NCBI GenBank assembly: GCA_035285545.1
Contig: JAYKGY010000013.1
Location: 1 to 28,520, forward strand
Length of the DNA: 28,520 nucleotides
Reading direction: 5' to 3'
Source of the DNA: Snowella sp.
Lineage (GTDB): Bacteria > Cyanobacteriota > Cyanobacteriia > Cyanobacteriales > Microcystaceae
The position numbers and the translations under genes were made by a program. Numbering within the stretch: the first letter of the stretch is position 1; each line of letters begins with the position of its first letter. The notes under the pieces are model-generated. The model saw nothing but the letters and a program-made list of their open reading frames with translations. It ran no database searches and had not been told where the DNA came from. This document shows positions 16,777 to 26,057 of the stretch, piece by piece.

Positions 16777-18999
16777 GTGCGAATCCCTCTTGATTATTAT
16801 CGAATTTTAGGAATTCCTTTACAGGTATCAGAGGAACAGATTCGTCAGGCCTATCAAGATCGATTGGTACAACTTCCCCGCCGTGAATATAGTGAAACCG
16901 CGATCGCGTCGCGCAATGAATTATTAGAAGAAGCCTATGGGATTTTAGCTGATGCAGAACAACGCATTAACTATGTTCAGCAATGGTGGGGACAGGATCG
17001 GGTCGGAGGAATAGCATCCACCCAAGAGGGGATAACCGATGAGTCAGCAGATGGATTCGCGCCACAGATTGATTCCCTCGCTTGTGATACGCCGAGTATC
17101 GAGATTGACCCCTCTCAATTAGTCGGTGCGCTCCTTATTTTCCAAGAATTAGGGGAATACGAACTGGTTATTCAATATGGAACCGTTGCGTTACGGAATA
17201 CGGAAATATCCCCCAGTGTGTCCCATAGCCGCTCTGATTTAGTCCTATCCGTTGCCCTAGCCCATTTAGAACTCAGTCGGGAACAGTGGCAACAACAAGC
17301 GTATGAAAAAGCTGCCTGTTCAGGATTTAAAGGATTAGCTTGGCTGCAAGAAGAAAATTTATATCCAACCATTCAAGACGAAATTCGCAATGAACTGTAT
17401 CATCTTCGACCCTATCGGATTCTGGAAAATTTAGCGACAACCGAAGAAGCAGAGACAAACTCAGCAACGCACCAACAAGGGCTACAACTCCTTAAAGAGA
17501 TGATCGGCGATCGCCAGGGCATTGAAGGGAAAGGCAATGACCGCTCTGGGTTAGGAACTGATGACTTTTTACGCTTTATTCAGCAACTCCGCCCCCATCT
17601 GAGTGTCGATGACCAACTATCCCTATTTGTGGAAGAATCGGAGCGTCCTTCTTTGGCCGCAAGCTATTTAGCGGTTTATGCCCTCATTGCCAAAGGGTTT
17701 GTGGGTAAACAACCCAGCTATTTAATTCAATGCCAAACGTTGCTAAATTCGTTAAGAAATCGTCAAGATGTGGCGATCGAAGAAGCAATTTGTGCTTTAC
17801 TATTAGGTCAGACTGAATTAGCAAATAAGGCTCTGGACAACAGCCAAGATCAAAAAGCGTTAGCTGTCATTCGTGAAAAATCTGTCAATTCGCCCGATTT
17901 ACTGCCTGGGCTTTGCGTCTATGGAGAAAATTGGCTAAAAACAGAAGTTTTCTCTCATTTTAAAGATCTTGCTAACCAAAGTGCTTCGTTAAACGATTAT
18001 TTTGCTGATCCTAACGTCCAAACTTGCTTAGATACTCTCTCCTCCGATTCTGTTCTTTCTACTCCCGCCGTGTCTTCCTCCCTTGATAAAGGATTTCCCA
18101 TGCCTAGAAATCTAGCCGAACAGCAGGATACGCTTTCCGAAAAGTATCCTTCCAGAAGACGGCGTTCTTCATCCCGTTCTCGTTCCTCCCGTCAGGCAAC
18201 TGTTTCCCAAGCAGGATCTGCCACTGCCACCCTTCCCCCGCCTAATGAAGTCGCCCAAGGAACTTTTGTTCCTACCTACGATTATTCTCGGCCTGTGACC
18301 CATTCCTATGTCCCTAGCCCTTGGAGTGAGCCTTCAACTGCTGAGCTAAATCCCCAAGAGCTTACTGCGCCAGCCCCTCGCCATCGAAGAAAGCGCAAGC
18401 GGAAAGTGGTCATTAATCCGGTGCGTTTTGGATTGGTGATGGCTGGAACCTTAGGCATTATGAGTGTGGGGATTTTCGGGGTTAATTCCCTGCGATCGCC
18501 GCTCAATGCGCTGCAAGCGGATCAATTAAACATTGAATTAAATCAATCGCCCATCGAAATTCCCAATACAGCGATCGCCACCGCAGTTTCTATCCCCCAA
18601 GGAGAATTAACGCCTGAACTGGCTAAAAACTTAGTGGATAGTTGGTTATCCAGTAAAGCCAAAGCCTTTGGTCAAGAGCATGACGTAAAGACCTTATCAA
18701 CCATTTTGTCTGAACCCATGCTATCCCAGTGGCGAGCCAGAGCCATGCGCCAAAAACAGCAAGGGGGTTATCGTCAGTATGACCATCAGATTGAAATCAA
18801 ATCGGTTCAATTTAATGCCAATTCCCCGGATAAAGCATCGATCCAAGCCAGGGTTCAGGAACAAACTCAATATTACGCCCGCAAGGAAGCAACACAAGCC
18901 AGTAAACAGGATAAGGACGATTTATTGGTACGGTATCAATTAATCCGTAAAAATGGGCAGTGGTTTATTCAATCCATTACGGCTCAAGCCTTTCGTTAA
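16777..18999 (+). CDS. ftn2: Cell division protein Ftn2/ZipN (ARC6 homologue)
   Basis: MRIPLDYYRILG J-like domain lacking HPD, DLLPGLCVYGENWL motif, single TM segment and C-terminal IMS/DUF4101 domain (WLSSKAKAFG). Confidence 0.93.
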   Translation: MRIPLDYYRILGIPLQVSEEQIRQAYQDRLVQLPRREYSETAIASRNELLEEAYGILADAEQRINYVQQWWGQDRVGGIASTQEGITDESADGFAPQIDSLACDTPSIEIDPSQLVGALLIFQELGEYELVIQYGTVALRNTEISPSVSHSRSDLVLSVALAHLELSREQWQQQAYEKAACSGFKGLAWLQEENLYPTIQDEIRNELYHLRPYRILENLATTEEAETNSATHQQGLQLLKEMIGDRQGIEGKGNDRSGLGTDDFLRFIQQLRPHLSVDDQLSLFVEESERPSLAASYLAVYALIAKGFVGKQPSYLIQCQTLLNSLRNRQDVAIEEAICALLLGQTELANKALDNSQDQKALAVIREKSVNSPDLLPGLCVYGENWLKTEVFSHFKDLANQSASLNDYFADPNVQTCLDTLSSDSVLSTPAVSSSLDKGFPMPRNLAEQQDTLSEKYPSRRRRSSSRSRSSRQATVSQAGSATATLPPPNEVAQGTFVPTYDYSRPVTHSYVPSPWSEPSTAELNPQELTAPAPRHRRKRKRKVVINPVRFGLVMAGTLGIMSVGIFGVNSLRSPLNALQADQLNIELNQSPIEIPNTAIATAVSIPQGELTPELAKNLVDSWLSSKAKAFGQEHDVKTLSTILSEPMLSQWRARAMRQKQQGGYRQYDHQIEIKSVQFNANSPDKASIQARVQEQTQYYARKEATQASKQDKDDLLVRYQLIRKNGQWFIQSITAQAFR

Positions 19000-19131
19000 T
19001 CGATTCATTGGCTAGCGTGTCCACTGAAGAATTTTGCGTATTAGAAAGAATGCGCTCCTTTGGCCTGTCATTGACGAGGAAACGTTGGCATAATCAATAT
19101 TGAAGATGGACAAAAACTTAAACGAAAAGAG

Positions 19132-19160
19132 TTGACAAATAAAAACATTCTCGCTATATT
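19132..19160 (+). promoter_or_regulatory. Sigma70-type promoter of tRNA-Asp
   Basis: TTGACA (19132-19137), 17-bp spacer, TATATT (19155-19160), 20 bp upstream of the tRNA. Confidence 0.8.
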
Positions 19161-19180
19161 GATAAAAGTCTGAAAAACCT

Positions 19181-19254
19181 GGGTCTGTAGTTCAATTGGT
19201 TAGAGCACCGCCCTGTCACGGCGGAAGTTGCGGGTTCGAGCCCCGTCAGACCCG
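19181..19254 (+). tRNA. trnD: tRNA-Asp(GTC)
   Basis: Acceptor stem GGGTCTG/CAGACCC, D-loop AATTGGTTA, anticodon arm CCGCC-CTGTCAC-GGCGG, T-arm GCGGG-TTCGAGC-CCCGT; CCA not encoded. Confidence 0.97.
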
Positions 19255-19351
19255 TAGAATGTTAATCTCGGTTAACGAACAAGAAAAAAGTCTGAAAGCC
19301 GATAAAATCGATAGAGTCTTTCTTCAATCTGTTGATTTTATTATTTTAGTA

Positions 19352-20737
19352 ATGACGGATAGCCCATCGGTCGGTTCATTGCCGCTTTCTCGATTTAAAC
19401 TCGCCATTATTGGCATTTTTATTTTTTCCCTAGTTTTGCGGTTTTGGAAGCTAACCCAGTTTAATGTCCTGGTGTTCGATGAAGTTTATTACGCGAAATT
19501 TGCTAATTTTTACTGGTTAGGCAAGCCATTTTTTGGTTCTCACCCTCCTTTGAGCCATTATTTAATTGCGTTAGGAATTTGGTTCGGTTCCCTGTTTCCC
19601 GCTTCTCCCGATACGGTGAATGAGTTAACGGGTTCTCTCCGTTCGACCTGGAGTTATCGTTGGTTAAATGCGTTGACGGGATCGTTTGTGCCGTTATTAG
19701 TGGGGGCGATCGCTTATGAGTGGACTGCTCGTCGTCGTTTTACGCTGATTGTGATGGTCTTAGCCGCCTTAGATGGCTTATTTTTAGTGGAGTCTCGCTA
19801 CGCGCTCAATAATATTTACCTGATTGTTTTTGGTTTATTAGGGCATTTGTTCTTTTTCTATTATTTAAATCGGGGTAAGCGTTGTTATTTAACCCTCGCA
19901 GGCATTTTTTTAGGTTGTGCAGGCAGTGTGAAATGGAATGGGTTTGCCTTTTTATTGGGAATTTATCTGTTTATTTTGGCAATTTTTGCTCAGCAAGCCT
20001 ATTACCGCTTTGTTAAAAAAACTGACCCCTTACCGCCCCTGAGTCCTTTTCAGCAGGCGATCGCGCAAACTCCTATTCCTAGATTAATTGCCGATTTAAT
20101 TATCTTTCCCCTAGTCACCTACTGTGTGATCTGGATTCCCCACTTTATGATCAACCCTGAATACGGTTTTTGGGGAATACAAAAGGAAATTTGGAATTAT
20201 CACCGACGTATTGGCAACACCCCTGATGTTCATCCCTATTGTTCGCCCTGGTATAGCTGGCTCGTGCTTTGGCGACCTGTTGCCTATTACTATGCCACCG
20301 CTAAACCCCATAATCTCGTTTATGATGTCCATAGCATGGCAAACCCGATTTTACTGTGGTTTTCGTCGCTTTCCATTTTGATATTGTTGGGAATCAGAAT
20401 TTTACAAAGCGTTTCTCCGTTTAAATCCCATTTTTTAGCCAATGAATTGACGTTGTATATCGGTTTGAATTATGCCGCCAACTTGTTACCTTGGTTAAAA
20501 ATTAATCGCTGTACCTTTTTTTATCACTATATGGCGGCGTATTTGTTTAGTTGGTTTGCCCTAGCTCTCATTCTTGATAGTTTATTCGGTAGCCGTAGTA
20601 AAATTGAACGCTGGTTTGCGGGGAGTATGTTGGGGTTGATTGCGATGGGGTTTCTCTTTTGGCTACCCATTTTCCTCGGATTGCCCTTACTTCCCCAATC
20701 ATTTAGCCTGAGAATGTTATTTCCCAGTTGGATTTAA
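19352..20737 (+). CDS. Phospholipid-carrier-dependent glycosyltransferase (PMT/GT39, protein O-mannosyltransferase-like)
   Basis: LRFW.L...VFDEVYY...[27 protein letters not shown] and FFYHY motifs with many TM segments. Start moved to ATG 19352 because the longer ORF overlaps the tRNA. Confidence 0.88.
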   Translation: MTDSPSVGSLPLSRFKLAIIGIFIFSLVLRFWKLTQFNVLVFDEVYYAKFANFYWLGKPFFGSHPPLSHYLIALGIWFGSLFPASPDTVNELTGSLRSTWSYRWLNALTGSFVPLLVGAIAYEWTARRRFTLIVMVLAALDGLFLVESRYALNNIYLIVFGLLGHLFFFYYLNRGKRCYLTLAGIFLGCAGSVKWNGFAFLLGIYLFILAIFAQQAYYRFVKKTDPLPPLSPFQQAIAQTPIPRLIADLIIFPLVTYCVIWIPHFMINPEYGFWGIQKEIWNYHRRIGNTPDVHPYCSPWYSWLVLWRPVAYYYATAKPHNLVYDVHSMANPILLWFSSLSILILLGIRILQSVSPFKSHFLANELTLYIGLNYAANLLPWLKINRCTFFYHYMAAYLFSWFALALILDSLFGSRSKIERWFAGSMLGLIAMGFLFWLPIFLGLPLLPQSFSLRMLFPSWI

Positions 20738-20862
20738 GGCTTATTCAGCGATCGCGGCGGGTTTAATTCGATGACAACGAAGACTTAACGCTCAATATTG
20801 CCAGGGCGTGCTAAGGGTGTAACAATTAGGCTAACAGAAGTACCGTCGCGAGGAAAAAGAGA

Positions 20863-22197
20863 TTGGCTACCCGTGTCATTATTGTTCGTCATGGACAAAG
20901 CAGCTACAACGCCCAAAAACGCATTCAAGGCAGAAGTAACGAATCCGTCCTTACCGAAAAAGGTCAAGCCGATGCCCAAATTGTGGGAGAAACCTTAAAG
21001 GATCTCGGCATCAGCACGATTTTTTGTAGCCCCTTGCAACGAGCCAAAGTGACCGCCGATATTATCCAATCTTGCTTTAGTTCTCCGCCTTCTCTCATTC
21101 CCTCCGATGATTTGCTAGAAGTGGACTTACCGCTTTGGGAAAATTGGTACAAAACAGATGTTAAAGAAAAATTTCCTGAAGATTATCAATGCTGGCATAA
21201 ACGTCCCCAGGATTTCAAAATGATATTAGCGGACGGTCGAGAGTTGTATCCCGTTCTGTCCCTTTATCAACAGGCTAAAACCTTTTGGGAAAAATTACTC
21301 AAAGAATATGACGGTAAAACGGTTTTAATCGTTGCCCATAATGGCATCAACCGCTGTTTAATTATGAGCGCGATCGGTGTTCCGCCCGAAAACTATCACC
21401 GAATTCAACAATCCAATTGTAATATTAATATTTTAAATTTTTCGGGAAATTTAGGGGAGCCAGTTCAACTTGAATCCCTCAATCAAACGTCCCATTTAGG
21501 CGTTACTTTACCCTCTTTCCGTAAGCCCAACACAGCATTACGTCTATTATTAATTCGGCATGGCGAAACCCAATGGAATCGGGAATCCCGTTTTCAAGGC
21601 ATTCGAGATATTCCGTTAAATGAAAATGGTAAGGGACAAGCCCAGAAAGCGGCTGATTTTTTGAAAGATGTACCCATTGATCTGGCCATTAGTAGCCCCA
21701 TGTTACGTCCGAAGGAAACCGCCGAGATTATTCTGCAATACCATCCTGATATTACATTAGACTTACAGCCCGATTTAATGGAAATTTGTCATGGTCTGTG
21801 GGAAGGAAAATTAGAGTCGGAAATTGAAGCGGATTTTCCAGGCTTACTGCAACAGTGGAAAGATGCCCCCGAAACCGTACAGATGCCCGAAGGGGAAAAT
21901 TTACAGCAAGTGTGGGATCGCGCGATCGCTTGTTGGAATGAGCGGGTAAAACATTACAGTGCGTTACCGGATAAAACCGTCGGCATTGTAGTTGCCCATG
22001 ATGCTATTAACAAAGTGATTTTGTGTTATCTACTCGGTTTAAATCCGGCCCATTTCTGGAATATTAAACAAGGGAACGGGGGGGTAAGTGTGATTGATTA
22101 CCCCGATGGCCCCGACGGTGCGCCTGTTCTTCAGGCTATTAATATTACAACCCATCTAGGGAGTGTATTAGATAAAACCGCTGCTGGTGCTTTGTAA
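20863..22197 (+). CDS. Tandem histidine phosphatase (phosphoglycerate-mutase-like; probable phosphoserine phosphatase)
   Basis: Two domains, each with RHG (IVRHGQS, LIRHGET), SP..R and VAH motifs; TTG start. Confidence 0.88.
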   Translation: MATRVIIVRHGQSSYNAQKRIQGRSNESVLTEKGQADAQIVGETLKDLGISTIFCSPLQRAKVTADIIQSCFSSPPSLIPSDDLLEVDLPLWENWYKTDVKEKFPEDYQCWHKRPQDFKMILADGRELYPVLSLYQQAKTFWEKLLKEYDGKTVLIVAHNGINRCLIMSAIGVPPENYHRIQQSNCNINILNFSGNLGEPVQLESLNQTSHLGVTLPSFRKPNTALRLLLIRHGETQWNRESRFQGIRDIPLNENGKGQAQKAADFLKDVPIDLAISSPMLRPKETAEIILQYHPDITLDLQPDLMEICHGLWEGKLESEIEADFPGLLQQWKDAPETVQMPEGENLQQVWDRAIACWNERVKHYSALPDKTVGIVVAHDAINKVILCYLLGLNPAHFWNIKQGNGGVSVIDYPDGPDGAPVLQAINITTHLGSVLDKTAAGAL

Positions 22198-22244
22198 TCC
22201 TCAACTTTTTTAGCGGTCAAGCGTTAATGCTAGAGCTATTCTAT

Positions 22245-22263
22245 AAGAATGATTATCATTTTC
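22245..22263. promoter_or_regulatory. Fur-family (Fur/Zur) box-like palindrome
   Basis: AAGAATGATTATCATTTTC matches GATAATGATAATCATTATC at 15/19; core AATGAT-T-ATCATT is a perfect 6-1-6 palindrome. Confidence 0.55.
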
Positions 22264-22683
22264 CTGTTCTGGGAGGACAGTAACGACACCTACCGCCAGC
22301 AATTCAGGAAGAGCGTCAGAGCAGTCGATTCATTGGCTGATTATTTAACTACAATCAAAAAAACTGATTTCAAAAGAGCTTTTAAAATCATGCAAAAGCA
22401 TCAATTGTTGACCAAGCCGTGATCAGAGATATCAAAATTTTGCTGTTGCTGAAATTTAAATCAGTTCTTCAAGACTTTCAACGCTTAGGTAATTTTGCTA
22501 AGATTAAAAGCGACAAATCATGCTGGAGAAAAGCCTTGCATAAATGATCCCTTATTGTTTATTGATTTTTTCTTGGATGATTATAGATTTTTTCAAGTAC
22601 ATGATTAGATCTTGAAACGCTTTAATGGGGTTAATTCTAGATTAGCTTTTTGATTTACCAAAATTACTTTTATTAGGAATATT

Positions 22684-23022
22684 GTGTTAGAAGCTTTTGT
22701 TTTTACAACGATTTTATGCGGTTTTTTCGGAATTATTTTAAAAAAAAATTTATTAATGAAAATTATTTCGATGGATGTGATGAGCACCGGGGTTATTACG
22801 TATTATGTGCTGATCGCTTCGCGGGGTGGATTATTTACTCCCATTGTTTCTGATCCATCTGCAAAAGTTGCCTATGCCGATCCAGTTCCTCAAGCCGTTA
22901 TCTTAACAGCGATTGTGATTGGCTTTTCAATTCAAGCACTGATGCTGGTGGGGGCAATGAAGTTAGCCAAGGATAACCCCACTTTAGAAACTAGCGAAAT
23001 TGAAAAGAACTATACGCCATGA
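22684..23022 (+). CDS. mrpC: Mrp/Mnh Na+/H+ antiporter subunit C
   Basis: NLLMKIISMDVM...ADPVPQAVILTAIVIG; GTG start. Confidence 0.92.
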   Translation: MLEAFVFTTILCGFFGIILKKNLLMKIISMDVMSTGVITYYVLIASRGGLFTPIVSDPSAKVAYADPVPQAVILTAIVIGFSIQALMLVGAMKLAKDNPTLETSEIEKNYTP

Positions 23023-24485
23023 GTAATATTGACAAGATACTTACGATCACTTGGCTTGTGATCCCCTTTTTTATCGGTTTTACGCTCTATCTCATCCCTA
23101 AGTTTTATCGTTATCAAGCATTAGCCGTCGCCTTGGTCTCGGTTGCCTATAGTTTGTATGTTTACTTAGCCCCATCCTCTTTAAATTTCCAGTTACTCGA
23201 TCATTTCGGGGTAACCCTAATTGCGGATCAGTTGAGTGGATTTTTTATTCTGACTAATGGGTTGGTAACGGCTGCGGTCATTCTTTACTGCTGGGGCAGT
23301 GATAAAACGGCTTTTTTTTATATGCAGGCTATTATTCTGCATGGCAGCGTTAACGCAACGTTTATTTGTGCTGATTTTATGAGCTTATACGTTGCGCTAG
23401 AAGTGATTAGTATCGGTGCTTTTTTATTAATCGCCTATCCCCGTAGCGATCGCTCACTTTGGGTGGCCTTACGGTATCTCTTTGTCAGTAATACGGCCAT
23501 GCTGTTCTACTTGATTGGAACGATCTTGGTTTATCAAGCCCATCAATCCTTTAGTTTCGCCGGATTACGCGGGTCTCCTCCCGAAGCGATCGCGCTCATC
23601 TTTCTCGGCTTATTGGTCAAAGGCGGAATTTTTATCTCCGGTTTATGGTTGCCCTTGACGCATTCTGAATCCGAATCTCCCGTCTCGGCCATGCTCTCAG
23701 GGGTTGTTGTCAAAGCGGGGGTATTTCCGATGGTGCGCTGTGCCTTGATGTTGGAAGAAATTGACCCGATAGTACGATTCTTTGGGGTATTAACCGCGCT
23801 TTTAGGGGTATTTTATGCCGTCTTTGAAAAAGACACGAAACGAATGTTAGCGTTTCATACCGTCTCTCAATTGGGATTTGTGCTAGCGGCTCCCATCGTC
23901 GGTGGCTTCTATGCCCTGACCCACGGGTTAGTTAAATCCGCGCTTTTTTTAATTGCAGGGATTTTACCCAGTCGTAATTTTAAAGAGTTACAACACCAGC
24001 CGATGCCGACCCCTATCTGGATTGCCCTCGTCATTGCCAGTTTTTCAATTTCGGGCTTTCCCTTACTATCGGGTTTTGGGGCGAAAGTATTAACCAGTAA
24101 AAATTTATTACCTTGGCAAGTTATCGCCATGAATATTGCCGCGTTAGGAACGGCGATTTCTTTTGCTAAGTTTATTTTTCTGCCCCATGAATTTTCCCCT
24201 CCCCTTAATGCGGAAGGAAAAAAACAGCCGATTAAATGGGGCCTTTGGGGAGCCATGTTAATTTTGCTAGGGGGATTAGTCGGGGCCAATGTCGTCTATC
24301 GAGAAGCCTATACGCTTGAAAACATTGTCAAGCCGCTTGCAACGATTGGGCTGGGTTGGTTGGCCTATTTGGTTATTTTTAAACGTTTAGCAATCAAATT
24401 TCCCCGTGGCATAGAAGCTTTTGAGCACCTGATTGGGGTGATGAGCCTAATGTTAATTTTCCTATTCTGGAGGGCGTTAGCGTGA
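23019..24485 (+). CDS. mrpD: Mrp antiporter subunit D-like (NdhD5/6-type)
   Basis: SLYVALEV, WLPLTHSESESPVSAMLSGVVVK, DTKRMLAFHTVSQLG, HGLVKSALF and GFPLLSGF motifs. Confidence 0.9.
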   Translation: MSNIDKILTITWLVIPFFIGFTLYLIPKFYRYQALAVALVSVAYSLYVYLAPSSLNFQLLDHFGVTLIADQLSGFFILTNGLVTAAVILYCWGSDKTAFFYMQAIILHGSVNATFICADFMSLYVALEVISIGAFLLIAYPRSDRSLWVALRYLFVSNTAMLFYLIGTILVYQAHQSFSFAGLRGSPPEAIALIFLGLLVKGGIFISGLWLPLTHSESESPVSAMLSGVVVKAGVFPMVRCALMLEEIDPIVRFFGVLTALLGVFYAVFEKDTKRMLAFHTVSQLGFVLAAPIVGGFYALTHGLVKSALFLIAGILPSRNFKELQHQPMPTPIWIALVIASFSISGFPLLSGFGAKVLTSKNLLPWQVIAMNIAALGTAISFAKFIFLPHEFSPPLNAEGKKQPIKWGLWGAMLILLGGLVGANVVYREAYTLENIVKPLATIGLGWLAYLVIFKRLAIKFPRGIEAFEHLIGVMSLMLIFLFWRALA

Positions 24486-24895
24486 TCGGTTATCTAGACT
24501 TAATTTTACGCCTAGTGGTTTGGTTTTTGCTGACGGCGGATCTGAGTTGGGCCAATGTCGTGATGGGGCTTGCCATTGCCTTGCTTTTACCCCGACACCG
24601 TACTCCACCAGAAGCCTTAAAGGATTGGCTACAAACCCTATGGGCGATCTTGGTTGCTATTCCGATTGCTTATATTGAAGCGATTGAAATGATTTTTCGG
24701 CCCCATAGTTACGAAGAAATTACGAGGGAACGGGTTAAGCCGAATCGTACCCCAGGGTTGATTTTTCTTGATATTTTTCTCATTACGTTTACCCCAAAAA
24801 CAATTGTTTTGAAATACCACGAGGAGGGATGGTATGACGTTCATTTGGTTCGACGCAAACAACGACGCGATCGCGCCTTAGATTCAAGTGACTAA
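24482..24895 (+). CDS. mrpE: Mrp antiporter subunit E
   Basis: VWFLLT...ITFTPKTIV motif; position in the operon. Confidence 0.88.
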   Translation: MIGYLDLILRLVVWFLLTADLSWANVVMGLAIALLLPRHRTPPEALKDWLQTLWAILVAIPIAYIEAIEMIFRPHSYEEITRERVKPNRTPGLIFLDIFLITFTPKTIVLKYHEEGWYDVHLVRRKQRRDRALDSSD

Positions 24896-24901
24896 GAATC
24901 A

Positions 24902-24957
24902 ACTATTCACTATTCACTATTCACTATCAATTAATAATTATTAATTATTAACTATCT
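24902..24957. repeat. Degenerate heptamer tandem repeat (STRR-like), 8 units
   Basis: ACTATTC x3, ACTATCA, ATTAATA, ATTATTA x2, ACTATCT. Confidence 0.75.
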
Positions 24958-24970
24958 AGCCTGACTTTTT

Positions 24971-25222
24971 ATGGATTTCCTGTTAATTGCCATGATTGTG
25001 GCTCTTTTAATTCCCATTTATACCGCGTTACAACATGATGATATTTGGGAAAAAATGTTGGCCTTTGCCAGTATTTCGACGAAAACTTCTATGATGATTC
25101 TTTTTGTGGCTTTCCTGAGAAATGATGCCATGATTGGCGTTGTGGGGGTGATTATTCTCAGTGTGGGCAATGCCGCCTTAATGTTACTCGCCCAATTAAT
25201 TAAACGGTTAAATGAATCATGA
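24971..25222 (+). CDS. mrpF: Mrp antiporter subunit F-like
   Basis: 83 aa with three hydrophobic segments, between mrpE and mrpG. Confidence 0.78.
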   Translation: MDFLLIAMIVALLIPIYTALQHDDIWEKMLAFASISTKTSMMILFVAFLRNDAMIGVVGVIILSVGNAALMLLAQLIKRLNES

Positions 25223-25494
25223 TTGACTTCTTGAGTGTGGCTTTAATGGGGATTGGTATTATTTTTTGGTTTTGGGGAACTGTGCCCTTAATGGGCCAGC
25301 GATCGGTGTTGTTTAAACTGCATAGCCTCTCTGTTGCCGATACTTTGGGATCGATGAGTATGATTTTGGGGCTGTTCTTAAAAATTCCCGAAGAATGGCC
25401 GTTGTTGCTATTAGCGATTATTTCTTTGGCGATTTGGAATACGGTATTGGGATATGTATTAGCCTACTGCTCCAGTAGCGGAGAGGAACCATGA
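25219..25494 (+). CDS. mrpG: Mrp antiporter subunit G
   Basis: KLHSLSVADTLG motif; ATGA coupling. Confidence 0.88.
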   Translation: MIDFLSVALMGIGIIFWFWGTVPLMGQRSVLFKLHSLSVADTLGSMSMILGLFLKIPEEWPLLLLAIISLAIWNTVLGYVLAYCSSSGEEP

Positions 25495-26057
25495 TAGATA
25501 ACTATATTTACGTTATTGTGGCTTTGCTCCCCTTAACGGCGGCAATGGTGATCTTTCAAAAAAATCCTTACCATTCCCTCGTCATTCGCGGCATTTTAGG
25601 GGCTGTGTCGGCCTTAGTATATGCAGTGCTGGGGGCTGCGGATGTGGCCTTAACCGAAGCCTTGGTGGGAACGATGTTGGCCATCACCCTCTATGCGATC
25701 GCCGTTCGTTCCTCCTTAGTCATGCGGGTCGGTATCTTACAGGAATATGCAAGAGCTAAAGAATCTGATCAGGATATCCGCAAAATTATTGATGAATTAC
25801 AAAAAATTGCCAAAAAATATTATTTACGCTTAGAATTAATCACCTATTTTGACAAAACGGCTTTAGAGTCAGCTTTAAACGATAAAGAAGTTCACCTGAC
25901 CTGTACTTCAACAACGCCAGATGAAAGCGATCGCGTTCTTTATCAAGCCGTTATCAGGATTCATCGCCTTTACGAAATTCTCAAAAACGACATAGAAATC
26001 CCTGAACTTAGGCTTTCCTATCTCCAAACCACTCATCAGGAGGAAAAACACTCATGA
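25491..26057 (+). CDS. DUF4040-domain protein (MrpA C-terminal/MnhB-associated) with soluble C-terminal extension
   Basis: LGAADVALTEALVG motif; ATGA coupling within the operon. Confidence 0.85.
   Translation: MIDNYIYVIVALLPLTAAMVIFQKNPYHSLVIRGILGAVSALVYAVLGAADVALTEALVGTMLAITLYAIAVRSSLVMRVGILQEYARAKESDQDIRKIIDELQKIAKKYYLRLELITYFDKTALESALNDKEVHLTCTSTTPDESDRVLYQAVIRIHRLYEILKNDIEIPELRLSYLQTTHQEEKHS

Noticed and set aside
19196..19351. N-terminal extension of the glycosyltransferase ORF
   Set aside because: It runs through tRNA-Asp; ATG 19352 is the plausible start.
22430..22683. CcmR/NdhR or NtcA site upstream of mrpC
   Set aside because: No convincing ATAG-N8-CTAT or GTA-N8-TAC match was found by eye.
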